From Deltaproteobacteria bacterium (GTDB lineage Bacteria > Myxococcota > Kuafuiibacteriia > Kuafuiibacteriales > Kuafuiibacteriaceae): a DNA stretch of 64,000 bases. The translations under genes were made by a program, and so were the position numbers. The notes below the pieces were generated by a model. It saw only the letters and a program-made list of their open reading frames with translations. It made no database searches and was not told the origin of the DNA. Positions 47,024 to 56,689 of this stretch are shown one piece after another; position 1 is the stretch's first letter, and each line of letters starts with the position of its first letter. The stretch is taken from the NCBI GenBank assembly GCA_040218735.1, contig JAVJQW010000041.1:64001-128000 (forward strand). The letters run 5' to 3'.

Positions 47024-49672
47024 GTGTGCGGGGTGTCCTCGCCGATCCTCCCGTCGATCGCCGCCCTCGGCCCCACCCGCACCGGCGCGCGCACGCTCGG
47101 TCGCGCCGAAGTCGTGGCGGTGCCGGCGACCGTCGAGCTCGATGTAGTTGTTCCCAGCGACCGTCGCCTCGACGCACCGATCGTGCGGACCCGCGCCTTG
47201 GACGTCCTCGGCCTGGGCCCGCTCCCCGACGACGACGCCGCGCTCGCCGCGCGCGTGACCCGGCTCGTGCGTGCGCAGGGGATCGCGGCCGTCCGCCTGC
47301 GGCTCGCATCGGCGCGGGCGAGCGCCCAACACCTGAAGTCGCTCGGTGCGCCGCGCGACATCGCGCGCGCCGATGCGCTCCTGAGCCGACTCGATCGTAT
47401 GGGCCCGGCCCTCGAGCGCCTCACCGCCGAGCGCGAGCATGTCCGCCGCGGCCTCACCCCCCGAGCGCTCGTGCAGGCCAAGCGCTTGCTCGACGCCGCC
47501 GAGCGACGCGTCGACGCGATGGTCGCGCAGTACCGAGATCCGGCGGAGCTCGCCGCGCTCCGGAGCGCGGCGCAGGACCTCTTGGTCGCGCGGCGTCGTG
47601 GCCCCGCGGCCTACGCGAAGGCCCACCGCGAGCTCGCCGCTCGGCACGCCATCCTTCGACGCTTCGACTACGACGGACCGCTCGAACCGCTCTTGGATCT
47701 CGCGCGTGACACCCAAGTCGTGAGGGCAGGCGGACAAGCCATCGAAGTCGACCGACCCGCCGCGTGGCCGGTCGGCACCATGCTCGCGGACGCGAAGTCG
47801 GCGATCGCCGACATGCGCGAGCGACTCGAGCGCGACCCCGCGGCGGTGTGGAAGCTCCCGTCCGTCATCGAGGCGACGTTGATCGCCGAGGGCGTTGCGA
47901 CGTCGGGGATGGTGGCGGCGCACGCGCGGGACGTCGTCTCTGAAGTTCACGCCGACGAAGCGCTGTGGCGCACGTTCGTCTCGATCGCCGCGATCGGTTT
48001 GGGCGTCGCGGCGGCGTTGCCGTCCGGGGGGACGAGCGTCGCGGTCGGCGCCGCGGTCACCGCTTCGCTCGACGCGTACCAGCTCTACCTCAGCGCCGAG
48101 GCCTACGCATTCGCGTCGGACGCCTGGAACGCGGAGCTGTCCTCGGAGGCCCCCAGCGGGTGGGGCGTCGCGATGGACGCGGTCGGTGCGACGATCGGCG
48201 TCGCCGGCGCGGCGGTCGGTCTCACGAAGGCCGCGTTCGCTGCGTTGCTCGCGCGGAGCGACGCGGTCGGCGACGCAGCGCGCGGGCTGTCGTTGCGCAT
48301 CGGCGAAGCGCGGGCCAACGCGCTCTTCGCGCGGTTCGGGGAGGAGGGCGCGACGGATGCCTTCCACGCGATGCCGAGTGAGGTCTGGACGCGGCTGGCG
48401 GACGTCGACGACGTCGCGGTGCATCGCGCTTTCGACGTGCTCGGGGCGCAACGCTTCGGAGACCTCGCGCACGTGATGGGCAGCGAGCGGTTCGCCGCGG
48501 CGGTGGCGACGACGGACGCGAAGACCTGGGCGAATCTACTGAGTACACCGCTCGAAACGAAGCGTCTCGCGAAGGTCCTCGCGATCGAGCCGGCCACGCT
48601 CGCGGCGATCGCGCCGCATGTGAAGGGGGAGGGTCTCGCGCGGATCGTCACCCGTATCGACCCCACGGCGATCGGGCACGCAAAAGGCGCGTTCCTGACC
48701 GTGCACGGACAGCTTCGCTTCAATGGATTCGAGCTGCTGCGCGCGGTCGACGACGGCACGTTCGACGCGGTCGAGGGGACGTGGTCGATGCTGCGCGCCG
48801 CGGCGCCGGAGGAGATGGCGCGGTTCGCGATGCTCTCGCGGCGCGACGTCGCGGACCTCGAGGCGCTCGTCGTCGCTTCGTTCCACGGGCGCCCGTTGGA
48901 TGCCGATCGTCTGGGGCGTGTCGTCGCGAGGACGAACGCGCGGCGGCGTGACGTGGTGAAGCTCGCGTGGCGCATCGCGGAGCCGTCGGTGCAGCTGTCG
49001 CGGCGCGCGGAGGCGCTCGCGCGCCGGGTGCCCGAGCTGCGCATGGGGCTGGAGATCCTCGCGACGACACCCGGGTTGGGCGACGCGATGATCGACGGTG
49101 TCGTGCGCCGCCTGGAGCGCGCGGTCGGCGCGCGGGGCGCGACGTTTTCGCGCGCGCACCTCGCGCGGTGGCTGGAGGACGCCGCGGCGGCCGGGCGCGG
49201 GCTGCCGTCGGCGCTCGCGGACCGCGTCGAGGAGATCGACTACGCGCTGGAGGTCGTCGCCGCGGGGCGCGTCGCGCCGGGGAGCACGGTGTACCTGGGC
49301 GTGGAGGCCGGCGAGCGCGTCGCGCTGGCGCGTGGGGGCCCGTGGCTGGAGCTGCCGACCGTCGATCCCAACGCGAAGGACACGCTGCAGGACTTGGACG
49401 TGGTATTTCTCGGGCGGGACGGCGCGGTGAACGTGGTGGAGGTGAAGAAGTCGGATCAGGCTCTGTGGGAGGCGCTCGAGAAGACCGAGGGACGGTACCT
49501 CGAGAAGTTCGACGCACTCCGTTCACGGAGCTCGAGTGCTGTGGACCTGCGAGTAGCCCTTCGCGGGTCGAGCGAGGTGTGGCTCGATTCCGTGTTGCGC
49601 TCGGTCCCCGAGTCGCCACGCGTCAAGGCCGACGAGTATGGCGTTCGTCTCGAGACGAGGGGCGCTCCGTGA
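47024..49672 (+). CDS. Putative polymorphic toxin with C-terminal PD-(D/E)XK nuclease-like domain
   Basis: Helical N-terminus; Gly/Ala hydrophobic hairpins (IAAIGLGVAAALPSGGTSVAVGAAV); C-terminal E...QDLDVVF...VNVVEVKK; start uncertain (47024/47033). Confidence 0.65.
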   Translation: MCGVSSPILPSIAALGPTRTGARTLGRAEVVAVPATVELDVVVPSDRRLDAPIVRTRALDVLGLGPLPDDDAALAARVTRLVRAQGIAAVRLRLASARASAQHLKSLGAPRDIARADALLSRLDRMGPALERLTAEREHVRRGLTPRALVQAKRLLDAAERRVDAMVAQYRDPAELAALRSAAQDLLVARRRGPAAYAKAHRELAARHAILRRFDYDGPLEPLLDLARDTQVVRAGGQAIEVDRPAAWPVGTMLADAKSAIADMRERLERDPAAVWKLPSVIEATLIAEGVATSGMVAAHARDVVSEVHADEALWRTFVSIAAIGLGVAAALPSGGTSVAVGAAVTASLDAYQLYLSAEAYAFASDAWNAELSSEAPSGWGVAMDAVGATIGVAGAAVGLTKAAFAALLARSDAVGDAARGLSLRIGEARANALFARFGEEGATDAFHAMPSEVWTRLADVDDVAVHRAFDVLGAQRFGDLAHVMGSERFAAAVATTDAKTWANLLSTPLETKRLAKVLAIEPATLAAIAPHVKGEGLARIVTRIDPTAIGHAKGAFLTVHGQLRFNGFELLRAVDDGTFDAVEGTWSMLRAAAPEEMARFAMLSRRDVADLEALVVASFHGRPLDADRLGRVVARTNARRRDVVKLAWRIAEPSVQLSRRAEALARRVPELRMGLEILATTPGLGDAMIDGVVRRLERAVGARGATFSRAHLARWLEDAAAAGRGLPSALADRVEEIDYALEVVAAGRVAPGSTVYLGVEAGERVALARGGPWLELPTVDPNAKDTLQDLDVVFLGRDGAVNVVEVKKSDQALWEALEKTEGRYLEKFDALRSRSSSAVDLRVALRGSSEVWLDSVLRSVPESPRVKADEYGVRLETRGAP

Positions 49673-50364
49673 GGGGCAGGGCAGGGTTGGAAGCCGCCGC
49701 GGACGTCGTCGCGCGGACGCCGGAGCGTTGGCGCGTGCGAAACAGCAACGCGACCGACAACCTCCGAACGGCGGTCACGCGAGAGGCGATCGAGGCTGGA
49801 TTCGGCGTCGTCGGTCAGGGGCTTGCGCTGCTTGGGCCGGAGGATCCGGACGAGCGCTTCCCGAAGGACTTCACCGGCTGGCTCTACCCCTGCTGGAAGG
49901 CGCTGGACGAAGCCTTCACGGACCGACGGGGCTTCGGAGCGTCGGCGTTCCGTGGTTACCTCGACGCGCAGTCCTCGCCCGTCGAAGCACCCGAGGGCAC
50001 GCAGATCAGTTGGCTCGGGCTGATGCGCTCTTGGCTTCGATGGGATCTCGGAGCGCTGGCGGGAGAGATCATCCGGTCGACGCCGTCTCAGCGAGCCGAC
50101 GATCCAGACGGCCTTCGGGAGGCCGCGGTGATCGGTGTCGACCGCGTCGCTCTCCTCCTCCGAGACGCGGACCAAGTCGCGACGCTCGACCGCATGATGC
50201 GCGTCGCTGACGTCTCCGACCTCGCGCGGCGCCTCTGGCACCACCCGAACGCCGGTCCCAAGATGAAGGGTGCCCTCGACGAGCTCTTCTCCGGCAACTA
50301 CGCCGAGATCCTGAAGTCCGATCCACCGGAGCACCACGACGACCCGCCGTGGATTCTCGATTGA
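49669..50364 (+). CDS. Hypothetical protein, candidate immunity protein (231 aa)
   Basis: GTGA overlap with the putative toxin stop; Trp-rich globular sequence. Confidence 0.65.
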   Translation: MRGRAGLEAAADVVARTPERWRVRNSNATDNLRTAVTREAIEAGFGVVGQGLALLGPEDPDERFPKDFTGWLYPCWKALDEAFTDRRGFGASAFRGYLDAQSSPVEAPEGTQISWLGLMRSWLRWDLGALAGEIIRSTPSQRADDPDGLREAAVIGVDRVALLLRDADQVATLDRMMRVADVSDLARRLWHHPNAGPKMKGALDELFSGNYAEILKSDPPEHHDDPPWILD

Positions 50365-50368
50365 CGTG

Positions 50369-50965
50369 TTACTTCGTGAGCGCCGCGCGGTAGCGGCGCT
50401 TCGCGGTGGTCAGCGAGGGCGCGTCGACGTTTGCGAGGAGCAGGCCGAGGTCCAGGTCCGGCAGCAGCTCGCTGCGCGCCACCTTCACGTAGTGCTCGCC
50501 GCGCAAGACGAACACCTCGATGCGTTCGTTCTTCCACCACCACAGCTCGCCCACGCCGAGTCCGCGGTAGATCTCCAGCTTGTCGAGGCCGCCCGACGTC
50601 CACACCACCTCGATCGCGAGGTCGGGGACGTCCTTCTTCAGCGGCTCGAGGCCCAGCACGTAACACTCGTCGGGCTCCGCCCCGCGCTCGCGCGGTTGGT
50701 TCTTCAGCAGCCAAGACCCGTAGGGACTGATCTCGATGTCGAACACCTCCGCGTACGTCTCGACGAGACCGCCGATCCACGATTTCAGGTGTTCGTGGTG
50801 GCGCGAGGGGCTCATGAGCTCGAGCTCCCCTTCGAGGTACTTGATGCGTGGGCTCGGGGCGTCACCGCGCATCGCGAGGAACGCCTCGAAGTCCTCCCAC
50901 GACACGTTGTGGAGGATGACCCGCTGATCGAAGTCCTCGATTCCGCCGCTTCTTTCGAGCATCAC
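50369..50965 (-). CDS. Uma2 family (DUF820) endonuclease-fold protein
   Basis: VSWEDF, MSPSRHHE, EPDECY, PDLAIEV, KLEIYRGLGVGELW. Confidence 0.92.
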   Translation of the reverse strand: MMLERSGGIEDFDQRVILHNVSWEDFEAFLAMRGDAPSPRIKYLEGELELMSPSRHHEHLKSWIGGLVETYAEVFDIEISPYGSWLLKNQPRERGAEPDECYVLGLEPLKKDVPDLAIEVVWTSGGLDKLEIYRGLGVGELWWWKNERIEVFVLRGEHYVKVARSELLPDLDLGLLLANVDAPSLTTAKRRYRAALTK

Positions 50966-51012
50966 GAATCACCCTAGCACCGCTGAGTCCCGCGTTTCGC
51001 TAACCTCCCCCC

Positions 51013-51546
51013 GTGCGCCTCGCCGTCGACCTCGTCATCCTCCCCGACCCCGCGCTCACCGCGTGGGCGATCGCCGCCAACCGCACCCTCACCGATCGCC
51101 GACTCCCGCTCGGCGACGGCGGCGGGCTCCCGCACGTCTCGCTCTCGATGGGTACGATCGAAGACCACGAGATCGACCGCGTCGCCGATGCCCTCGACGC
51201 GCTCGATGCGCCCGAGCTCGTCCCCACCGCGATCGACACCGCCAGCGGCGTCGCCGTCCTCCGCATCGAGCGCACGCCCCTGCTCGTCGCGCTGCACGAA
51301 GCCGTCATGGGGATCGAGCTGTCGCGCGAGGTCGACGCGACCATGCTCGTCGGCCCGCCCGACGAACGCGCCGTGTCCTGGATCCGCACCTACCCCGAGA
51401 AGGCCGCGTTCGAACGCTTCGACCCGCACGTGACCCTCGGTGTCGGCGTGCCCGACGCCGCGCCCTTCGCTCCGCGTTATCCGCCCGGACGCCTCGCGCT
51501 GTGTCACCTCGGGCCGTTCTGCACTTGTCGGCGCGTGTTACGGTGA
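51013..51546 (+). CDS. 2H phosphoesterase (2'-5' RNA ligase superfamily)
   Basis: Two HxS/T motifs: PHVSL and PHVTL. Confidence 0.82.
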   Translation: MRLAVDLVILPDPALTAWAIAANRTLTDRRLPLGDGGGLPHVSLSMGTIEDHEIDRVADALDALDAPELVPTAIDTASGVAVLRIERTPLLVALHEAVMGIELSREVDATMLVGPPDERAVSWIRTYPEKAAFERFDPHVTLGVGVPDAAPFAPRYPPGRLALCHLGPFCTCRRVLR

Positions 51547-51556
51547 CTCGAAGATC

Positions 51557-51919
51557 ATGAAGACCGTGACCATCACCAAGGACAACTTCGAATCCACCAT
51601 CGCCGAGAACGACGTCGTCTTCTTCGACTTCTGGGCGAGCTGGTGCGGGCCCTGCCGCTTCTTCGCTCCGATCTTCGAAGCCGCCGCCGAGAAACACCCC
51701 GACATCGTCTTCGGCAAGATCGACACCGAGGCGCAGCCCGAGCTCGCTCAGGCGCTCCGCATCTCGTCCATCCCCACCGTGATGGCCTTCAAGGAGCAGA
51801 TCGGGATCATGGCGCAGCCGGGCGCGCTCCCCGCCGAGGCGTTCGAGGACGTCATCGAGCAGGTGAAGAAGCTCGACATGGACGAGGTCCGCAAGGAGCT
51901 CGAAGCCCAACAGGCCTGA
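51557..51919 (+). CDS. trxA: Thioredoxin
   Basis: DFWASWCGPC; ISSIPT; QPGALP. Confidence 0.9.
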   Translation: MKTVTITKDNFESTIAENDVVFFDFWASWCGPCRFFAPIFEAAAEKHPDIVFGKIDTEAQPELAQALRISSIPTVMAFKEQIGIMAQPGALPAEAFEDVIEQVKKLDMDEVRKELEAQQA

Positions 51920-51926
51920 GCCCCGA

Positions 51927-52631
51927 TCACTCCTCGCCGGACGCCAACGCCCCGGGGCGGTTCGCCTCCAACCACTCGAGCTGCTGCTCCGTGTGCCACT
52001 CGACGAGCTGCGCGTAGAGGTCCTTCGTCGCGCGCTTCTGCGCCGCGACCGAGCTCGCCTCGCGCGACATCAACAGGAACGTGTCGCGCCCGTTCGGTCC
52101 GTCGTAGGTCACGCGGATCCACGGGAGGTACGGGAGCGCCGCGACCGGCACCAGGTCGAAGCCGTAGATGTCGTCCTGCGCGAGCACCAAGACGTTGCCC
52201 TCGGTGAGCACCGTCAGGTGCGTCGGCGTCCACCGTAAGAAGCCCACGTTGTCGTCGGTCTCCAGACGCAGCGCCATCGCGCGGTTGTTCTTCGTCTCGC
52301 AGATGCCGACGAAGTGACCGCCCTGCGCGATCGCGCCGAGCCGCTCCTCGAGCTGCCGGCGCAGCCGCTGGTTCCCGAACAACACCACGCGTGACAACCC
52401 GAGCGCCGCGCTCGACAGCCCCAGCGCGAGCCCCGCGATGCCGCCGAGGGCGCCGCCGAGCAGCACGCCGCCGATCGTCGCGACCGCGGGCCCCAGCCCC
52501 ACGACCAAGCTCACGCCCGCCATCACGGGCACGCCGACCACGAGTTTGTGGCGGGCGAAGACTTCCGCCTCGCGCGCCTCGAGCGCTCCCGCGGTGGTGG
52601 TCGTCAGCTTCGTCGACACGCCGAATTTCAT
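51927..52631 (-). CDS. Hypothetical membrane protein
   Basis: Two N-terminal Gly-rich TM segments and a soluble C-terminal domain; good codon bias. Confidence 0.75.
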   Translation of the reverse strand: MKFGVSTKLTTTTAGALEAREAEVFARHKLVVGVPVMAGVSLVVGLGPAVATIGGVLLGGALGGIAGLALGLSSAALGLSRVVLFGNQRLRRQLEERLGAIAQGGHFVGICETKNNRAMALRLETDDNVGFLRWTPTHLTVLTEGNVLVLAQDDIYGFDLVPVAALPYLPWIRVTYDGPNGRDTFLLMSREASSVAAQKRATKDLYAQLVEWHTEQQLEWLEANRPGALASGEE

Positions 52632-52704
52632 CCTAACGATCGCGACCGCACCACGCCACCTTGCCCCGCCTCACGGCGCGCGGTACTTCAGTCGCCCAGG
52701 TCAG

Positions 52705-53541
52705 ATGGCGAAGAAGGGACAGAAGAACCGCGGCGCGAAGAAGCCGAAGAACCGCAACAAGCCGAAGATCCAGGTCGCGGCGGACGCGGACCTTCGCTTC
52801 GTCGAACAGCACGTGGAGAACTGGATGAAAGGGGTGACCGAGGCCGGGCAGGCCCTGATCACCCTCGGTCGCGACGCCGCTTACACCGTCCGCGCGCTCG
52901 CCGAAGAGACCGACAACAAGGAGCTGCGCGAATTCGCTGCGAAGCTCGCCGCGATTCCGCCGCAGGTCGACACCAACCTCGACGCGCTGCGGGAGCAGTC
53001 CGTCCGCGACCACCTCGAAGCCCAGCGAAAGGCCGCCGCCGCGCCTTCCGAGGTGGACGACTTCACCATCGCCGGCGGCGCGATAGCGCTGTTCGATCCG
53101 AAGCGGGTCATGAACGACCTCGTGCACCACGGCCGCCCCCGCAAGGACCCGTCGCGTCTCCTCGCCGGCGACGTCGCTTGCCTCGGCCTCCCGAAGCCCG
53201 AGGCGACGCCGGTGCGCTTCGTCGAGGATGCCCCGCCCGAGGATGCACCTACGGTTCGCATACGCCTCAAGGTCGAATCGGGCGTCGTGCTCGTCGGGCC
53301 GCAGGAGGCGTCGGACGGGCCGCGCATGGGCGTCGTCCGGAAGAACCCGTTCGGCACGGCCATCGACGAGCACCTCGAGCGCGCCCGGTTCCTGAAGCTC
53401 AAGCCCGGGACCTACGCGGTGTTTGCCTACCTCGACGCGGAAGGCGCGCTCGTCGTCCACCTGGTGAAGGACCGCGACGCCGCGTCCAACGAGGTCGTCG
53501 ACATCGTGGGCGCTGCCCAGCCCCCGACCTACAACGGGTGA
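52705..53541 (+). CDS. Hypothetical protein with Lys-rich N-terminus
   Basis: ATG 52705 (MAKKGQKNRG); typical codon bias. Confidence 0.75.
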   Translation: MAKKGQKNRGAKKPKNRNKPKIQVAADADLRFVEQHVENWMKGVTEAGQALITLGRDAAYTVRALAEETDNKELREFAAKLAAIPPQVDTNLDALREQSVRDHLEAQRKAAAAPSEVDDFTIAGGAIALFDPKRVMNDLVHHGRPRKDPSRLLAGDVACLGLPKPEATPVRFVEDAPPEDAPTVRIRLKVESGVVLVGPQEASDGPRMGVVRKNPFGTAIDEHLERARFLKLKPGTYAVFAYLDAEGALVVHLVKDRDAASNEVVDIVGAAQPPTYNG

Positions 53542-53545
53542 AGCC

Positions 53546-55924
53546 TCAGGGGCGCGCTCGTCCACGCCCCAGCACGACGAGGCCCAGCGCGATGACCAGC
53601 CCGAGCGCCGATGCCGCCGCCCAGTCGTACGTGAACGCGATGTACTCGAACCGAAGGCGGTGGCGCCCCGCGGGCACGTGCAGGGCCATGAAGCCGAGGT
53701 CGGCGTCGTGGATCGGGGTGGGCTCGTCGTCGACGGACGCGCGCCACGCCGGCATCCGGACCTCGAGGATCGAGACGAGCGCCGGACAGCTCAGGTCGAC
53801 GTCGATCCGAATGTCGTCGAGGTCGCCGGTCTCGACGATCGTCGCGGTCGACGTCCGCGCGCAGGTGAGCGCCGCGCTGCTCGTCGCGACCGCGGGCGCG
53901 GGAACACCGGGCGTCGTCACGAACGCTTCGCTTCGCCTCGTGTCGTCTCGCATGACTTCGAAGACCGCGCGCGACGTCAGCTGCGCCTCCGGGACGTACC
54001 GGTAGAGTGGATGAAGCGCGACGTACGGGCGCGCGTCGATGGTCTGTACGTACTGCGGTACCCCGTTCGGGATCTCGAACGATCGCACACGGTCGCCCGG
54101 CATCCGCGCGTGGCTGGCCAGCACTCGAACGCCCGCGCGTTCGAAGAGCGCCACTGCGTCGCCGCCGCGGGCGCGCTGGGCCAACGAGAAGAGCGCCGCC
54201 GAGCTCGGGTGGCTCAGCCCCTCGTTGTCGAGATCATCGAAGCCCCGCACGTAACCGTAGAGCCCGGCGCCGCGCGTGTACTCGTCTCGGTAGATGGCCT
54301 CTCCGTGTGATTCGCCGTCGAGGCGTTCGACCTTCGGCCGGCGGTTGCCCGGCGTAAACACGTAGTGACGCAACCGGGCGTCCGAGAGCGCTTCGACGAG
54401 CGCCGGCGGCGGCGGCGGATCCGTCCGCACCGCGAGGAGGTGGCGGTGCGATCCCACCGCGAGGTCCGCGAACAGCACCACGACGAGGACGATCGTAAGC
54501 GCTCGCCACCGGCGCATCGCGACGGCGACCACGGCGGCCAGGACCCCGAACCCCAGCGCGTGCCGCGCACTCGCGGACAGCGAGGCGACGGCGAGGTCGG
54601 CGTACTGCGACGGCGCGACGTCGAACGCCGACCCGAGCGCCGCGCTCTTGGAGAGTGCGGCGTCCACGACCGCGTGCACCTCTGGAAGCCCCAGCGATTG
54701 GACCGTGCTCGCCGCGAGGACGATGCTCGGCACGAACACCAGCGCGATCAACCGGGGCCCGCGGGCGAGGGCACGAAGGCCGAACGGGGCGAGCGCGGCG
54801 AGCGCGGCCGCGACCACGACGGTCAGCTTCACGGGGTAGCGACCGTTCGAGAGGATCGGCAGCGCGTGAAGCCAGCGGTAGATCGGTAGCGTGGTGCCGA
54901 GCGTCGCCGCGAGGAAGAAGAGCGCGACGAGCAGCAACACGAACGCGAGTCGCCGGTCACGAGCGTCGCGGGTGAACACCGCGGCCAGCGCGATCGGCAG
55001 CCCGACGCCGAGGTACAGCGAATAGAGGTACGGATGCGTGAGGCCCTCGACCGTCAGGAGATCGTGGAACGCGACCTCCGGGACGTGCGGTGAGTGGAAG
55101 AACGTGGGGAACACCAGCTCGAGCAGGCCCCAGGGGGGTGTCGACCACGCGAGCGCGGACGCGAGCCCGAACCCCTCGCCGCGCTGGGTCGACGACAGCC
55201 CGACGAGCGTCGGCACGAGCTCGATCGCCGCGACCGTGAACCCGAGCGCGCCGGCGATCAACAGGAGGCCGACGACTCGGAGGTCGAACGCGGCGCCGCG
55301 CCGCCGGAGCGCGTAGACGAGGAACGTGGCCGCGACGACGTCGACCACGACGGCGACGGGGGTGATCGCCTGGAGGTGGAATCCGAGGAGCAGCGCGACG
55401 AGCCCCACCCCGCGCCAGCTACGCGCGGTGAAGAGGTGGACGACGGCCCACAGCACCCAGGGGATCCACGCGAGCCCCTGAAGGATCACGAGGAGGTTCT
55501 CGAACGACAGGAGGGGCCCCGACAGGCCGAACGCCGCGGACGCGAGCGCCTCGGTCGACGTCGCACCGAGGGTGCGCGCGAGGCAGAAGGCGCCGCCGCA
55601 GAGGAGCAGGACGTGGCCGGCGACGAAGAGATCGTAGGCGACCTCGAACGGGAGCAGCGCGAAGATCGCCGTCATCGGCGTGTAGGTCCCGTTGAGGATG
55701 TGCTCGAGCGGGACGTTGGTGTCGCTGGCGAGGGTCCGGACGGGCAGCCGACCGTGGCCGAGGCTCTCGACGACCCACCACCACCGGTCTTGGAAGGCGA
55801 AGCGGTGGTCCCGGAGCATGGACAGGTGTCCAGGTCCCAGGACGCGACCGAAGGCCGCAACGACGCCCCCGACGAGCAGGATCAGCGGGGCGATTCGCTG
55901 GGCGAGGCGTTTCTCGGGGGACAT
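53546..55924 (-). CDS. YfhO-family / GT-C-like polytopic membrane protein
   Basis: More than 10 TM helices; RYPVK motif; C-terminal PAWRASVD...VPAGRHRLRFEY + TM. Confidence 0.8.
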   Translation of the reverse strand: MSPEKRLAQRIAPLILLVGGVVAAFGRVLGPGHLSMLRDHRFAFQDRWWWVVESLGHGRLPVRTLASDTNVPLEHILNGTYTPMTAIFALLPFEVAYDLFVAGHVLLLCGGAFCLARTLGATSTEALASAAFGLSGPLLSFENLLVILQGLAWIPWVLWAVVHLFTARSWRGVGLVALLLGFHLQAITPVAVVVDVVAATFLVYALRRRGAAFDLRVVGLLLIAGALGFTVAAIELVPTLVGLSSTQRGEGFGLASALAWSTPPWGLLELVFPTFFHSPHVPEVAFHDLLTVEGLTHPYLYSLYLGVGLPIALAAVFTRDARDRRLAFVLLLVALFFLAATLGTTLPIYRWLHALPILSNGRYPVKLTVVVAAALAALAPFGLRALARGPRLIALVFVPSIVLAASTVQSLGLPEVHAVVDAALSKSAALGSAFDVAPSQYADLAVASLSASARHALGFGVLAAVVAVAMRRWRALTIVLVVVLFADLAVGSHRHLLAVRTDPPPPPALVEALSDARLRHYVFTPGNRRPKVERLDGESHGEAIYRDEYTRGAGLYGYVRGFDDLDNEGLSHPSSAALFSLAQRARGGDAVALFERAGVRVLASHARMPGDRVRSFEIPNGVPQYVQTIDARPYVALHPLYRYVPEAQLTSRAVFEVMRDDTRRSEAFVTTPGVPAPAVATSSAALTCARTSTATIVETGDLDDIRIDVDLSCPALVSILEVRMPAWRASVDDEPTPIHDADLGFMALHVPAGRHRLRFEYIAFTYDWAAASALGLVIALGLVVLGRGRARP

Positions 55925-55998
55925 TCGGGGCCGCGACGAAGTATCCACGAGGCCCCTGGCAGCGTAAAGGCGGGCGCGCGGGCGAGACGTCCTGAAAA

Positions 55999-56020
55999 AA
56001 GGGCTAGGCCAGCGGCCCTT
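55999..56020. promoter_or_regulatory. Hairpin in the rpmI leader (reads as hairpin + U6 on the minus strand)
   Basis: AAGGGC-N10-GCCCTT overlapping an A6 run (55995-56000). Confidence 0.45.
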
Positions 56021-56043
56021 CAAGTGATAGCTACCCCGTTCTC

Positions 56044-56247
56044 ATGCCGAAGATGAAGACGAAGCGGGCCGCTGCGAAGCGCTTCCGCGTGACCGGCAAA
56101 GGCAAGTTCAAGCACGCCAAGAAGGGGCGTCGCCACATCCTTTCGAACAAGAATCGGAAGCGGAAGCGTCGCTTGAACGAGACGGCTTACATCCACCCCT
56201 CGGATGAGGTGCACCTCAAGGTCACCATGCCGTACTACAACCAGTAG
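56044..56247 (+). CDS. rpmI: 50S ribosomal protein L35
   Basis: MPKMKTKRAAAKRFRVTGKGK...HIL. Confidence 0.97.
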   Translation: MPKMKTKRAAAKRFRVTGKGKFKHAKKGRRHILSNKNRKRKRRLNETAYIHPSDEVHLKVTMPYYNQ

Positions 56248-56268
56248 TCGAGCGAAGGACAACGAACC

Positions 56269-56616
56269 ATGGCTAGGGCAACCCGAGGCGTCAAAGGACG
56301 TCGTCGCCACAAGAAGTGGCTCAAGCTTGCGAAGGGCGCGTTCGGGCGTCGTTCCACGATCATCAAGTCCGCGAAGGCGACGGCCGAGAAGGGCCTGCAG
56401 CACGCCTACGTGGCGCGCCGTCTGAACAAGCGCAACTACCGGCGCCTGTGGATCGTCCGCATCAACGCGGCGGTTCGTCAGCACGGCAGCACGTACAGCC
56501 GCTTCATGGCCGGACTGAAGAAGCACAACATCGAGATCGATCGTAAGATCCTCGCGGACCTCGCCGTCTCCGATCCCAAGGCGATCGCCGCGCTCGTGAC
56601 TCAGGCCTCCGCCTGA
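56269..56616 (+). CDS. rplT: 50S ribosomal protein L20
   Basis: [11 protein letters not shown]...YSRFM...[10 protein letters not shown]. Confidence 0.97.
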   Translation: MARATRGVKGRRRHKKWLKLAKGAFGRRSTIIKSAKATAEKGLQHAYVARRLNKRNYRRLWIVRINAAVRQHGSTYSRFMAGLKKHNIEIDRKILADLAVSDPKAIAALVTQASA

Positions 56617-56689
56617 TCGCTTCCCACATCGCGTGATCCTCGCCACGACGCTTGCGTCGCTCGGGATACGTGCCACCATGGGCTCCCTC

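Noticed and set aside
46875-47309. N-terminal 145 aa of the 46557..47309 ORF
   Set aside because: Low-complexity Arg-rich read-through of intergenic and antisense DNA; QhpC similarity begins only at GTG 46874.
50369-50965. Uma2 gene as part of the toxin locus or a mobile element
   Set aside because: Opposite strand; Uma2 paralogs are commonly scattered in such genomes; no terminal repeats seen.
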